A stretch of DNA of 64,000 bases from Eledone cirrhosa (lineage: Eukaryota), in contig OZ024757.1 of NCBI GenBank assembly GCA_964016885.1, forward strand, positions 16,368,001-16,432,000. Reading direction: 5' to 3'. The notes below the pieces were generated by a model. That model was not told where the DNA came from. It worked only from the letters and a program-made list of their open reading frames with translations, and made no database searches. Below, piece after piece: positions 13,064-26,261 of the stretch; the stretch's first letter is position 1, and each line of letters begins with the position of its first letter. Both the position numbers and the translations under genes were made by a program.

Positions 13064-13748
13064 ATACCGATGATGGTTGGAAGATCACTGATGAAGGACC
13101 ACTTTATTCATATGTAACCCATTTGCAACTCCGCAGCACGTTTATTCTCATATTTACACATATTTTTTTCTCCCGCTGTGACCCGTCTATTTCATTCTTA
13201 CTGCCTCCTCTTTCTCTGTATCTTTACCCTCTCTAACAGTCACTCTCTCTATTAGCCTCTTCCTCGCCCTTCACTCACTCACTCTCTGTTACTGCCTCTC
13301 CTCCTCCTCCTCCTCCTTCCCGTTTGACCTGTGCGTAATTCTTTTCTTTCGCACGCTTGGCCAGGCCGGTCGGCATATTTTCTCTCTCTCGTCTACGATT
13401 TCACAGAACTTATGTTTACCGAATTCACAGACTGGACCCCTTCTTCCTCCCGTTAGACCTGTGCGAAATTCCTTCCTTGCTCACATTTCAACCACGTTTG
13501 ATGGTCTTTATTCTCTCTCGTTCACGATTTCACCGAACTTATATTCATGGAAATTTTTGGACTTGACTCGCTCTTCCTCACTTTTCGTTGCTTCACCATC
13601 TTTGTTTGTTTACACTCTCGCTGTTCCCTTTATTTACATGTCCCAACGACTTTCTTTAGCCGTTGCTCGCACCAACTGGAGGTATATGGTCTTTAAAGCG
13701 AAGAAATACCGATGCTGGTTGGAAGATCACTGATGAAGGACCACTTTA

Positions 13749-13755
<7 letters not shown>
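13063..13755 (+). mobile_element. 642-bp unit plus 51-bp terminal direct repeat inserted in (TA)n (family F4)
   Basis: 13063-13113 equals 13705-13755 with one mismatch; ends merge into (TA)n. Confidence 0.8.
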
Positions 13756-13788
<33 letters not shown>

Positions 13789-13930
13789 CGGGTTCAATCA
13801 GGGGTAATTACAGTAAGTAAGGCACTCAATACATAGCAGAGTATAAATATTTAATATAGAAATGGGTTTTACAGGACTAAATTCTTTTTCATTCAAAAGA
13901 AATCATCATATATATATATATGTGTGTGTT

Positions 13931-13993
<63 letters not shown>

Positions 13994-14227
13994 AGTGAGT
14001 AAAAATCCAAGGTATAGAGAAACTCAAGTTCGTAGGAGGTGATTGAATATAATTAGTGAGGCCAGTTACAACAATGGCTCCATATCGGGTACGTATGTTT
14101 CGTTGGTCACTAAGGACCAACTCGTTCAACCTATGCCGATGAAATTGAACCGGAGTATGTGGGGGGGGGGGGGGGTTAATGAACAAGGAAAATAAAACAA
14201 AAGTCGAAGATAGGTTCATACATTAGT

Positions 14228-14416
14228 GGATGGATTGGCAGTATCGGTAGCGGGTCAGACGTCATGCTTTGCAACATAGAGTTACGCTCCTTTACGGTCT
14301 GAGTTCAAATCCCTCCGAGGTTAACTTTGCCTTTCATCCTTACGAGGTTGATAAAATAAAGTACCAGTAATGCACTGGGATAATTGCTGGCCCTGTGCCA
14401 AAAAGTAGAAACAAAT
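14228..14416 (+). mobile_element. SINE S1
   Basis: Full-length similarity to the other S1 copies. Confidence 0.85.
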
Positions 14417-14788
14417 ATTTTATGATCGTTTCAGAGAGTTGATAGATCATTGTAAATCGGTATATTGACTAATAGTAAGAGGTTATGTCCCCACCTATTT
14501 CTAGTCTCGATATCCTTGATCCTTCTCACTGGCTTCCTCGTAAATCAATTTAACAATCTATCTTCGACTTTGGTTATATTTTCATTGATCTATAGCTGGA
14601 GTAGAATCCTCGATAAAACCTTATATGATGAGAGCCTACTGTAAAAACTAGAGCTCTCACCGTCTAATCTCGTTGAAACCATCACTTCAAGCCTGCAAAT
14701 ATGTATTGAGTTCTAACAACGTTGTCAGTCCACGCCATAAACAGGTCGATGTCGGAACCAGTATAAGTAAATAAATATATATATATAT

Positions 14789-14869
<81 letters not shown>

Positions 14870-14871
<2 letters not shown>

Positions 14872-15009
14872 AAATGGCGAGCTGTGTGGTTTTAGTTATT
14901 GTTCGCTCTAGACTGAGGTATCTTGTCTCTAACGCGAAGAAATACCTTTGATTCCTCGCAGACAACTGACGATGGATATTACCCTCTTTCGCACGTAACT
15001 TTTATTTTC

Positions 15010-15012
<3 letters not shown>
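14870..15012 (+). mobile_element. Family F4 diverged fragment in (TA)n
   Basis: Aligns with 13655-13745 (TTTAG..TTG.TCGC..ACT(G)GAGGTAT..GCGAAGAAATACC..CTGA.GA.GGA). Confidence 0.7.
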
Positions 15013-15062
<50 letters not shown>

Positions 15063-15373
15063 GAGAGGTATAGAGATTGTTTTAGCAAGAAGCTAACGGC
15101 ATTCTATAACATATATGCGACTATAACGTCAAGATGGGAAAAGTAGTTAACGAAAGATTTAGGAAAAATAACTCAAACTCATCTCAAAAGAGAATCAGGA
15201 TATAAATTCATCCACAGAATTTAGTAAAATCCAGGGAAAAATCTATAGACCTTTAACTCATGATAAAATAAAGTTTGAAACACTTATATAATGGATCTGT
15301 TATTTTTATCTAAAGACATTTTTTTCCAATTCCATCCCGCCCGTCCCCTCAATCTATCTTATTTCCCATTCTT

Positions 15374-15409
15374 TCTTCTGATGAAGGACTAGCGTCCGAA
15401 ACGTTAAGA
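15374..15409 (+). ncRNA. Minimal type I hammerhead ribozyme (Penelope-type)
   Basis: TCTT-CTGATGA-A-GGAC-TAGC-GTCC-GAAA-CG-TT/AAGA; palindromic AACGTT stem III. Confidence 0.8.
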
Positions 15410-15494
15410 CCCTCTTCCTGCTATATCAAGCGTTAACCTAATATATCCCTTCCATATACTGTACCGATTGTGTTGTTATTTCTGTTTACCTTTT

Positions 15495-15548
<54 letters not shown>

Positions 15549-15971
15549 CATGGAGCATTCTATCGCGACACGTCGATTTTCCCAGGCAGTTGCTGTACCA
15601 TATTCCCTTCCAACTTGTTCTATGATCTTTTTTTTCTGTTATATGTTTCGTTCTATTTTCCGTTATATTAATACAAAGCTAATATTATAAGCTAGAAAAC
15701 CTGAGTTTTCGCAAGGACTCCATATGGTTCATTATATCTGACACAAACTGTTCGATGTAAGTATGAGGTCGTTTGACGACGCAGAAATGCGTGTTGTCAT
15801 AGGCTTAAAAATATCAAATAGATAGTTTAGCTAAATTGTTTCTTTGTAGCTTACTTACTATAAAGCAAAATGTAAAAGTAGCTGAAATGGGGAAGCTAAT
15901 TTGCATAACATGCATCCGTTTGGAGACGTAATTAATTAAACAAGGACATCATAAAACACTGCATGTATCAG

Positions 15972-16060
15972 TGGAGGCACGTGGCCGTGTGGTAAGGCCG
16001 TTGTACTTACGATCATAATGTGGTGGGTTCAATTCCAGGATTGGTTTGTGTGGTGTGTTT
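15972..16060 (+). mobile_element. SINE S2-like tRNA head
   Basis: GGAGGCACGTGGCCGTGTGGTAAG...GGTTCAATTCC. Confidence 0.65.
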
Positions 16061-16336
16061 ATCACGTATTGAACTCATATTGTTTGTTTTCTAACAAGTG
16101 TCGTGTAATAGTTTAATTATTTAACGACAGCCAATCATATCACAATCACGTGTTTCAAGTGTGCTCGTGTTTTTTTTTTTTTTTTTTTTTTTTATGCTAT
16201 ATATTATGCTTCAGCTAAACGGGGATACACAATTTATTCAACGAGTTGGGAGTACCTCTTACGGTTTGAGGAGCACACAATTCTTTCTGTCGCCACAGAA
16301 TTACATTCAGTGTTATTATTATTACGTCCTCGCTCA

Positions 16337-16868
16337 GGGTGGTGGATTGGCAGTATCGGTAGAGGGTCGGACGCCATGCTATCCAGCATAGTTACGTCCC
16401 TTTGCGATCTGAGTTCAAATCCCGCCGAGGTTGACTTTGCCTTTCATCCTTACGGGGTCGATAAAATAAAGTACCAGTAATGCACTGGGTAATTGCTGGC
16501 CTTGTGCCTAAAGTAGAAACAATTATTATTACGTCTTCGCTTAGGGCGGTGGATTGGCAGTATCAGTAGAGGGTCGGACACCATGCTTTGCAGCATAGAG
16601 TTACGGCTCTTTATGGTCTGAGTTCAAATCCTGTCGAGGTTAACTTTGTCTTTCATCCGTACGGGGTCGATAAAATAAAGTACCAGTCACGCGCTAGGGT
16701 CGATATAATCGACTTTCCCCTCGCCCAAAATTGCAGGTCTTGTGCCTATATAAGAAACCATTCCCGCCGAGGTTGACTTTGCCTTTCATCCTTACGGGGT
16801 CGATAAAATAAAGTACCAGTAATGCACTGGGTAATTTCTGGCCTTGTGCCTAAAGTAGAAACCATTAT
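16337..16868 (+). mobile_element. Tandem cluster of three SINE S1 copies (third partial)
   Basis: S1 units start at about 16337, 16543 and 16762. Confidence 0.85.
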
Positions 16869-17004
16869 TACATCCTCGCTTACGTTTAACAGTTCTACAT
16901 TTTATTGTCCTTCGTTGTGTCGAAATAGAACTTTGTACTTTACTGTTCGTTGTTAAATTACCTACGCATTTAATTCAAGGAAATAAACAAAATACTACAG
17001 TGCT

Positions 17005-17150
17005 CTCGAGCAAATCACTTCATTTTACGTTGCTCCAGTGGACTGGCGTCCTGTCCAGGTGGGGGTCTTGAATTCTTGTCATTTCACGCCACGGAAACCG
17101 AGATAAGTACCGGACTGATGAGCCGCCGGGCTCGAAACAGACTTTAGTCT
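17005..17150 (+). mobile_element. V-SINE-like fragment (S2 variant)
   Basis: TGGACTGGCGTCCTGTCCAGG V-domain-like core and tail GAAACCGAGATAAG; homologous to 52352-52628. Confidence 0.7.
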
Positions 17151-17490
17151 TAAAAACTGAACTGCATGTTTAAAAAGATCTAAAGTAATATTAATTTAAC
17201 TATAGTTTTTGAAATAGAGGGCTTCGATGGGTAAGATACGATGTGTAAAGAGGTGCAAGGTAATTCTATATTAACAGAATTTTAGGTGGGAGGAAGAATA
17301 CATCTGATCAGGAAACAAAAAGCTCCAAAATACATAAAAGTAATCTCTTATGTTTTTCTGTATACAAAAGGATTCGAATACAAAAATGTCGATAGATGTA
17401 TATTAAACTTATCTTAAATCTTTTAATATACGCTATGTGAAAACGTATATATTTATTGAATATTATCGAAAATATTATTATTATTATTGA

Positions 17491-17530
<40 letters not shown>

Positions 17531-17552
17531 TTATTTATATATATACATAGAT

Positions 17553-17627
<75 letters not shown>

Positions 17628-17636
17628 TATGTACGT

Positions 17637-17759
<123 letters not shown>

Positions 17760-17822
17760 TAAGTATATATATATACGTGTATAGAGAGAGGTGGGGTGAC
17801 ATACACATACACACACACACAT

Positions 17823-17903
<81 letters not shown>

Positions 17904-18295
17904 GCATGAGTGCTTATTTAAAAACAAGAATCACGTTGTTAAATGTCAAAAAGCAACAACAACAACACCATCACCAACAACAATACAAACAAGATATATT
18001 TAAAGTCAAGATATATAATTTTAAATGTATTCTTTTTCTTCACCACATATATATTTCATGTTTAAGGTTTGCGGTAAAAATCACTAGAAAAAATGGCTGT
18101 TTGTGCTTATATAAAAATATGTTGATGTACTGGTGACATTTCAACATCTCTACTGCCTATCATCTTGACATCGCTGTAGTATCTATTTATCTATATATGT
18201 GTGTGTGTGTGTGTATATATAACTACCTGTCTATCTCTTTCTCTCTCTCTCTATATATATATATATATCCCTCTTTTACTCTTTCTCTTTCTCTC

Positions 18296-18408
<113 letters not shown>

Positions 18409-18538
18409 CTTTTTCTCTTTCTCTCTCCTAATATCATATCCGACTGTCATCGTCTCTCTCCGCCCCTTCTCTCTAGATATCTCTCTCTCTCTCTCTTTCA
18501 CTCTCTCTCTCTCCCTCTCTCTCTCTCTCTCTTTGTAT

Positions 18539-18573
<35 letters not shown>

Positions 18574-18800
18574 GCACACACACTCACACACAGGCAGATA
18601 TATACGCCTATATGTATGTACACGTGTATGTATGTGTGTGTATATATATATATATATACACAGAGGAAGAGAAACACTCGAATACATGCAGGGCGTCCTC
18701 ACGATCACTATAGAAAACTACATGCCTATAATTGTACATGGATAGATGCTCGTGCCTGTGTTTTTTAAAAGCTACAAAGCCTATACACGATTGATCTGTA

Positions 18801-18875
<75 letters not shown>

Positions 18876-18907
18876 CACATATATGTATATATATATATAC
18901 TTATATA

Positions 18908-18960
<53 letters not shown>

Positions 18961-19142
18961 TTATATATGCACATATATGTATACAGACCTATATATGCAC
19001 ATATATGTATATATATTTATATATGCACATATATTTATTTTTGTTTATGTATATTTAGGTATATTTGTAAGTTCGTATTCTGACATATATATGATTGAGT
19101 GTTTGTCTATTTGTTGTGTTTGCGTATGTAGATATCAGATAT

Positions 19143-19234
<92 letters not shown>

Positions 19235-19344
19235 ATAGTCGTACACGGTTTATCTAAGTTTTCAATTTCCTTCGGATAAATGCAAGTTTAAATACATAGG
19301 TATATATATATATGTGTATATATATATATGTATATATATATATA

Positions 19345-19436
<92 letters not shown>

Positions 19437-19475
19437 GATATTAACAAATGGAAACTATATTTATAAAACCATATT

Positions 19476-19540
19476 TATTTCATTATACATATTTCAAGGA
19501 CACCAAGTTAAATTATGGTGTCCTTTCATCAGATAAAATA
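19476..19540 (-). ncRNA. Type I hammerhead ribozyme (F1)
   Basis: Reverse complement of the HHR at 19688-19752. Confidence 0.85.
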
Positions 19541-19687
19541 TAATATAGAGCAGTTTTATAAATAAATATTAACATACCCTTAAAGAATGCAACCTTAACT
19601 TTTGGAAGCTCCCGGGTAGCTTCCAACAGTAATGGTTGCATTCTTTAAGGGTATGTCAATATTTATTTATAAAACTGCTCTATATTA

Positions 19688-19752
19688 TATTTTATCTGAT
19701 GAAAGGACACCATAATTTAACTTGGTGTCCTTGAAATATGTATAATGAAATA
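19688..19752 (+). ncRNA. Type I hammerhead ribozyme (F1)
   Basis: TATTTTAT-CTGATGA-AAGGACACCA..TGGTGTCCTT-GAAA-TATGTA-TA/ATGAAATA; perfect 10-bp stem II. Confidence 0.88.
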
Positions 19753-20204
19753 AATATGGTTTTATAAATATAGTTTCCATTTGTTAATATCGTATGTTTA
19801 CTCCAATAATTTGTTGAGTACTTTATATCAGTTACAAAAATATTTTCTTGTTGTATCCCAACAATTTAAATAGAACTTCTACATATATATATAATTATAT
19901 ATATAAATGAAAGGTATATAATTATATATATATCGTATATAATTATATATATCGTATATAATTATATATATATATATATATATCGTGTTTGACATGAGAG
20001 GTTCTGAAGGGAAGAGAAACATGGTGATCTCTAATGTCAACGCCGCCATACATGGTTATATATTCGACAGTGAGACGCAGGAGTTACTAAAGAAATACGC
20101 CATTGATATTTTCTCTTTCATTCGCAGCATGATTGCCACCACATCACTGAGGTGTGTGATGATAGAAAGGCTATCTAAGATTGATAGATATATCGTTGTT
20201 GTTG

Positions 20205-20860
20205 CTTTATATCTTGTAGTTGTTTTCACATCTGTAGTTATAAAGCAACAACAACAATAACAACAACTATATCTTGTAGCTGTTTTCACATCTGTAGTTA
20301 TAAAGCAACAACAACAACAACAACTATATCTTGTAGCTGTTTTCACATCTGTAGTTATAAAGCAACAACAACAACAACTATATCTTGTAGCTGTTTTCAT
20401 ATCTGTAGTTATAAAGCAACAACAACAATAACAATATCTTGTAGCTGTTGTCACATCTGTAGTTATAAAGCAACAACAACAACAATAACAACAACTATAT
20501 CTTGTAGTTGTTTTCATATCTGTAGTTATAAAGCAACAACAACAACAACAACTATAACTTGTAGCTGTTGTCATATCTGTAGTTATAAAGCAACAACAAC
20601 AACAACAACTATAACTTGTAGCTGTTGTCATATCTGTAGTTATAAAGCAACAACAACAACTATATCTTGTAGCTGTTTTCATATCTGTAGTTATAAAGCA
20701 ACAACAACAACAACAACTATATCTTGTAGCTGTTTTCATATCTGTAGTTATAAAGCAACAACAGCAACAACAACTATATCTTGTAGTTGTTTTCGCATCT
20801 GTAGTTATAAACCAACAACAACAACAACAACATCTTGTAGCTGTTTTCATATCTGTAGTT
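20205..20860. repeat. Minisatellite, about 55-65-bp unit, about 11 copies
   Basis: Unit TATATCTTGTAGCTGTTTTCATATCTGTAGTTATAAAG(CAA)n. Confidence 0.95.
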
Positions 20861-21024
20861 AGAGTAGTTGTAGTTGTTGTTGTTGTTGTTGTTGTTGTTG
20901 TGATTAGTGGATGGTTGGTTGGTTGGATGGGTGGATAGATGGGTGGCGGGATAGATAGATGAATGAATGGGTGGATAGACGGGTGAATAGAGGGACGGAT
21001 AGATGGATTGATGTATGGGTGCAA

Positions 21025-21255
21025 TGTATGCTGGGTGGTTATGGCAATATATATATATATATATGGGTGGAATGATTGCTGGATGGTTATGGCAATATAT
21101 ATATATATATATGGGTGGAATGATTGCTGGATGGTTATGGCAATATATATATATATATATGGGTGGAATGATTGCTGGGTGGTTATGGCAATATATATAT
21201 ATATATATGGGTGGAATGATTGCTGGGTGGTTATGGCAATATATATATATATGTA
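21025..21255. repeat. Minisatellite, about 48-bp unit, 4-5 copies
   Basis: Unit GGGTGGAATGATTGCTGGRTGGTTATGGCA(AT)n. Confidence 0.93.
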
Positions 21256-21767
21256 TGGGTTGGGATGGAAATGACAAAAAAGAATGAAGAATGAAAAATG
21301 CTAGAACAATTGGAGGAGGAGGGGTAAGGGTGACAGGGAGAGGAAAGTGGGGGAATGTCAAGCCATTAACATCCTGAGAGAGAGAAGGGGATATAGGGAG
21401 AGGTAAGGGAAAGCTGAAGTGAGAGTTTAAATAAGAGGGGGTGAGGGATGTGAGAGAAAGAAGGGAAAAGGGGATTAAAAGGAATAGTGAGCCAGAAAAA
21501 AAGAAACAGTTGAAATGAGATGAGAGAGGGAGAGAGATGCGGAGAAAGAAGGGAAAGAGAGACAGAGGGGACTAGTTATAGAGAGGAGAGTTAGAGAGAC
21601 ACAAATGTGATGATGTAAGGGAGAAACGTGTGGTAGAAAGAGAGGAGAAGAAGGGATATGTAAGAGAAAGACGGGAAAGAAAGAAATGAGAGACAGTGAG
21701 GGAGTGACAGGGAGAGGGAGAGGAGGGAGAGGGGGAGAGATACAGAGAGAGAGAGAGAGGTGGGGGT

Positions 21768-21883
21768 GAAGCTGGGAGGAAGATGAGAAATATACAGGGT
21801 GTTTCGCTAAGAAATCAGAGATAGAAAGAAGTAAGAGACAGAAAGGGAGAGAGAAAGGGAACAAAAACAGAGAGAGAGAGGGA

Positions 21884-21939
<56 letters not shown>

Positions 21940-22034
21940 CTGGGACAAAGATGAGAAATATACAGGGTTTCGCTAAGAAGTCAGAGAAAGAAAAGAAAGA
22001 AGTAAGATACAGAAAGGGGGAGGGAAAGGGAACA

Positions 22035-22094
<60 letters not shown>

Positions 22095-22194
22095 CTGGGA
22101 CAAAGATGAGAAATATACAGGGTTTCGCTAAGAAGTCAGAGAAAAAAAAGAAAGAAGTAAGAGACAGAAAGGGAGAGGGAAAGGGAACAAAAAC

Positions 22195-22267
<73 letters not shown>

Positions 22268-22325
22268 CTGGGACAAAGATGAGAAATATACAGGGTTTCG
22301 CTAAGAAGTCAGAGAAAGAAAGATA
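21768..22325. repeat. About 155-175-bp tandem repeat with (GA)n, about 3.3 copies
   Basis: GAAGCTGGGACAAAGATGAGAAATATACAGGGTTTCGCTAAGAAGTCAGAG (or close variant) occurs four times. Confidence 0.92.
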
Positions 22326-22720
22326 TAAAAACACGGGAATTTTATTTGAAGAAAAAAAATGTCCGCCTATCTAATAGAATCTATTGTAAATTGACTAAAC
22401 GGTTTGATTTGACTGCCATGACAGATAAGTTGAGATCTGACGTGAAATAAAGATGACTTCACCTGACACGTGTCACATAGTTTCAAACAAAAATCAATGA
22501 GAATTATGTGTGTTTGCTTCGTATATATATATATATATATATATATAGGGGGGCTTGTGTGTATGTGCGTGTGTTTGCACATACACCCCTCCCCCAATCC
22601 CCCCACCCCCACCCACACGCGCGCGCAGCAAACACACTTAATATAATTATATATGTATTATATGTATATATATATATATGTATATATTTATATTTGTATA
22701 TATATATGTGTATATATGCT

Positions 22721-22757
<37 letters not shown>

Positions 22758-22906
22758 ATATGTATATATACATACATATATTGATGTACATACACACATA
22801 CACACAGGCATATGTATGTATATATATATATGTGTGTGTGTGTGTAGTGTGTTGTGTTTCTCGTAGCTTTTTGTGTGGTGTGGTATGGTCTGTTGTTTTC
22901 TTGAGC

Positions 22907-22938
<32 letters not shown>

Positions 22939-23811
22939 GGGTGCGGTGGGGTGATGGTGGGAGTGATATTAGTGATAGTGGTAGTGTTATTAGTAGTGGT
23001 GGTGGTAGTAGTAGTGGCGTTTATAGTAGTGGTGGTGGTGGTACTGGTATTAGTAGTAGTTGTGGTATTAGTAATGGCGGTGGTGGTGCCAATTGCATGG
23101 TGTTGTGGTGTGAAGGTGTGAAGAGGTGGTGTATTGTCGCAGTGAGGGGAGATGACAGTGATACAACAACAACCGCAACAACAATATCAATATCAACATC
23201 AACAGTAACAGCATCAACAACAACAACGTATTATATTATAATCTATAAAACATATTAACTAGACCGTAAGATGAAAGCAAGTGTCAAAGAAAGATGGCTG
23301 CCGTAGATTTTTAATGTTTTTTGTTCAAAATATTTGTTATGTAAATATCTCTATTGTTGTGTGAACTTTATAATTTCCTTATCAGATTATATAGTAATAT
23401 GATAACTATTATATATCACTGATACCATTTAAATTGGGATATCGTTATTGATATTATAAACTGAAACACTTTATGAATGAATAGCAAATTCGACAGAATT
23501 CGACACACACATACACTCGCACACATACATACTTATAATATATGTATATTTATATATATATCTCAACCTGATTAGTTCTATCGTTACTTTGGTATATATT
23601 GTATGTTAGTTTCGCCTACCACAATGTTCGATTTGTCAAGCTATTTAAACGTACTCTGAGGTCCTATCTTATCGAGTGCTTTGCTAACTCATCAGTTCAT
23701 ATAAGTAGGCCGAATTTACTTGGAAACCGCCAGTGATTCGATTTTACTGATTTCCAATGATATATATATATATATATATATATAGTGTATATATATGCCT
23801 ATATGTGTATA

Positions 23812-23997
23812 TGATTGTTTCTACTATTGGCACAAGGCCAGCAATTACCCAGTACATTACTGGTACTTTATTTTATCGACCCCGTAAGAATGAAAGGCAA
23901 AGTTAACCTCGGTGGGATTTGAACTCATAATGGCAAGGGCCGTAGCTCTATGCGACAAAGCATGGCGTCCGACCTTCTACCGACACCGCCAATTCAC
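23812..23997 (-). mobile_element. SINE S1
   Basis: Reverse complement of S1. Confidence 0.88.
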
Positions 23998-24006
23998 ATA
24001 TTGTGC

Positions 24007-24157
<151 letters not shown>

Positions 24158-24179
24158 TATGTTCTTCTTGTTGGACCTC

Positions 24180-24362
24180 CGTTGTTACCGGCGGCGAGTG
24201 CTCCAGTTGATTTTATCAATGGAAATATCTGCGTGTTTACATTAACGTGCAAGTGGCTGAGCATTCCACAGACACGTGCACCGTTAATGTAGTTTTCGTG
24301 GAGATTTAGTGTGTCACAATGTGTGACAAAGCTGACCATTTGAATTACAGGTACAAGCTCAT
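24180..24362. mobile_element. Interspersed repeat / SINE fragment (S3)
   Basis: AAGTGGCTGAGCATTCCACAGACACGTG shared with 32240-32330 (opposite strand) and 33100-33178. Confidence 0.6.
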
Positions 24363-24981
24363 AGACTGACCAAGATACTCTCATGGAATGTGCAAATGAG
24401 GTTTATTTTTCAACATAGTCCCTGGAAAGAAACAATGCCGTTATTAATAAGAAGTGGTGAAATTAATGCACGAAAGATTTCACAGCTTTAGCATCACTCC
24501 TTCATGGTCAGTCTATGAACATTTCAGCCGAACCTCGTATGTGTTTTTATTGTGTATGGTTGGGTGTGTATATAATATATGCATAAATGTTTATATATAC
24601 ATATTTTCTTTTAATTCATTACTGGTTTTACTAATTTGCCAGTGCCCCTGCTGGGGCACCGTCTTAAAGGGGGTTTTGTCGGTCACCACGTATCTATTAT
24701 TTCAGGTTGGTAATTATTTCATCAATTTTTGTTTGTCAAACTACAGTTATTTATACATACATACACAAACATGCACGCAAATATACAACACACACATACA
24801 CAAAAACACACACACACATACAAACATCAGAACAAACACACATACACGCACACATACATGTATACATACATACATACATACATACATACATACATACATA
24901 CATACATACATACATACATACATACATAGACATACACACATACACAAACACATACAGATCGCTGTTTCTTCTTGGAAATCG

Positions 24982-25072
<91 letters not shown>

Positions 25073-25439
25073 GAAACAAACAAATGCTGTTTGTACGTCG
25101 TTCTGAGTGTAGAAGAATACATGACACGTTAGTTTCTTGTGACAAATAAATTCGCTGCATAAATTACATTTGTCTTTTGACGCTGTTGTGAAACACACGT
25201 TCCTAGAATGGTGTTATTTTAACGGAGACGTGTTTGCTTCATATTTCTAATTAAGTCAACTGTTTGGGAATAGAAAAAAATATGTCTGAGTGTTAAGATA
25301 TACAAATCCTTTGTGTGTGTGTGAGAGAGAGAGAGAGTGTGTGTGTGTGTGCGTGTGTGAGAGAGGGAGGGTGTGTGTGTGTGAGAGAGAGAGAGTGTGT
25401 GTGTGTGTGAGAGAGGGAGAGTGTGTGTGAGAGAAAGAA

Positions 25440-25481
<42 letters not shown>

Positions 25482-26261
25482 TGTGTGTGTGTCTGTGTAT
25501 GTGTGTGTGTATCTGTGTGTTTGAGGGAGAGAGAGAGTGTGTGTGTGTGTGTGTGAGAGAGAGGGAGAGTGTGTGTGTGTGTGAGAGAGGGAGAGTGTGT
25601 GTGAGAGAAAGAAAGAGTGTGTGTGTGTGAGAGAGGGAGGGTGTGTGTGTGTGTGAGAGATAGTGTGTGTGTGTGTGAGAGAGGGAAAGTGTGTGTGAGA
25701 GAAAGAAAGAGCGTGTGTGTGAGAGAGAGAGAGTGTGTGTGTGTGTGTGTGTGGGTGTGTGTGTATAAGAGGGAGAGTGTGTGTGTGTCTGTGTATGTGT
25801 GTGTGTATCTGTGTGTTTGAGAGAGAGAGAGTGTGTGTGTGTGTGAGTGTATGTGTGTGTGTGTGTCTGTGTGTGTGTATCTGTGTGTGTGTACGTCAGT
25901 GTGTGTGAGTGCCTCAATGTGTCTGTGTGTGTGTGTAAGTGCCTCAGTGTGACTGTGTGTGTGTGTGTAAGTGCCTCAGTGTGACTGTGTGTGTGTGTGT
26001 GAGTGCCTCAGTGTATCTGTGTGTGTAGGTTATGTTGCTGGTGTTGATGTAGTTGTTTGTGTTGTTGATGTGTATTTGTTGATGATATTGTGTGTGTGTG
26101 TGTTGTTATTGTTGTGGACACGTTGATGTGGTTATCTTGACAGTGTGGGTTGATGATCATATTGTGTGTGTGTGTTGTTATTGTTGATGTATGTGTGTAT
26201 GTTGTTATTGATATGTGTGTGTTGTTGTTTTGTGTGCGGGTTGAGTTATTTGTGTGGGTTG

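Larger units (their letters stand above)
19436..19882. mobile_element. F1 element copy 3 with 175-bp inverted arms and two HHRs
   Basis: 19436-19610 is the reverse complement of 19618-19792; about 90-bp tail; AT-repeat flanks. Confidence 0.85.

Noticed and set aside
17110-17150. CTGATGA-GCC-GCCG-GGC-TC-GAAAC hammerhead look-alike
   Set aside because: It is the hairpin of the SINE tail; there are extra bases before GAAA, no proper stem III, and the homolog at about 52595-52625 lacks the core
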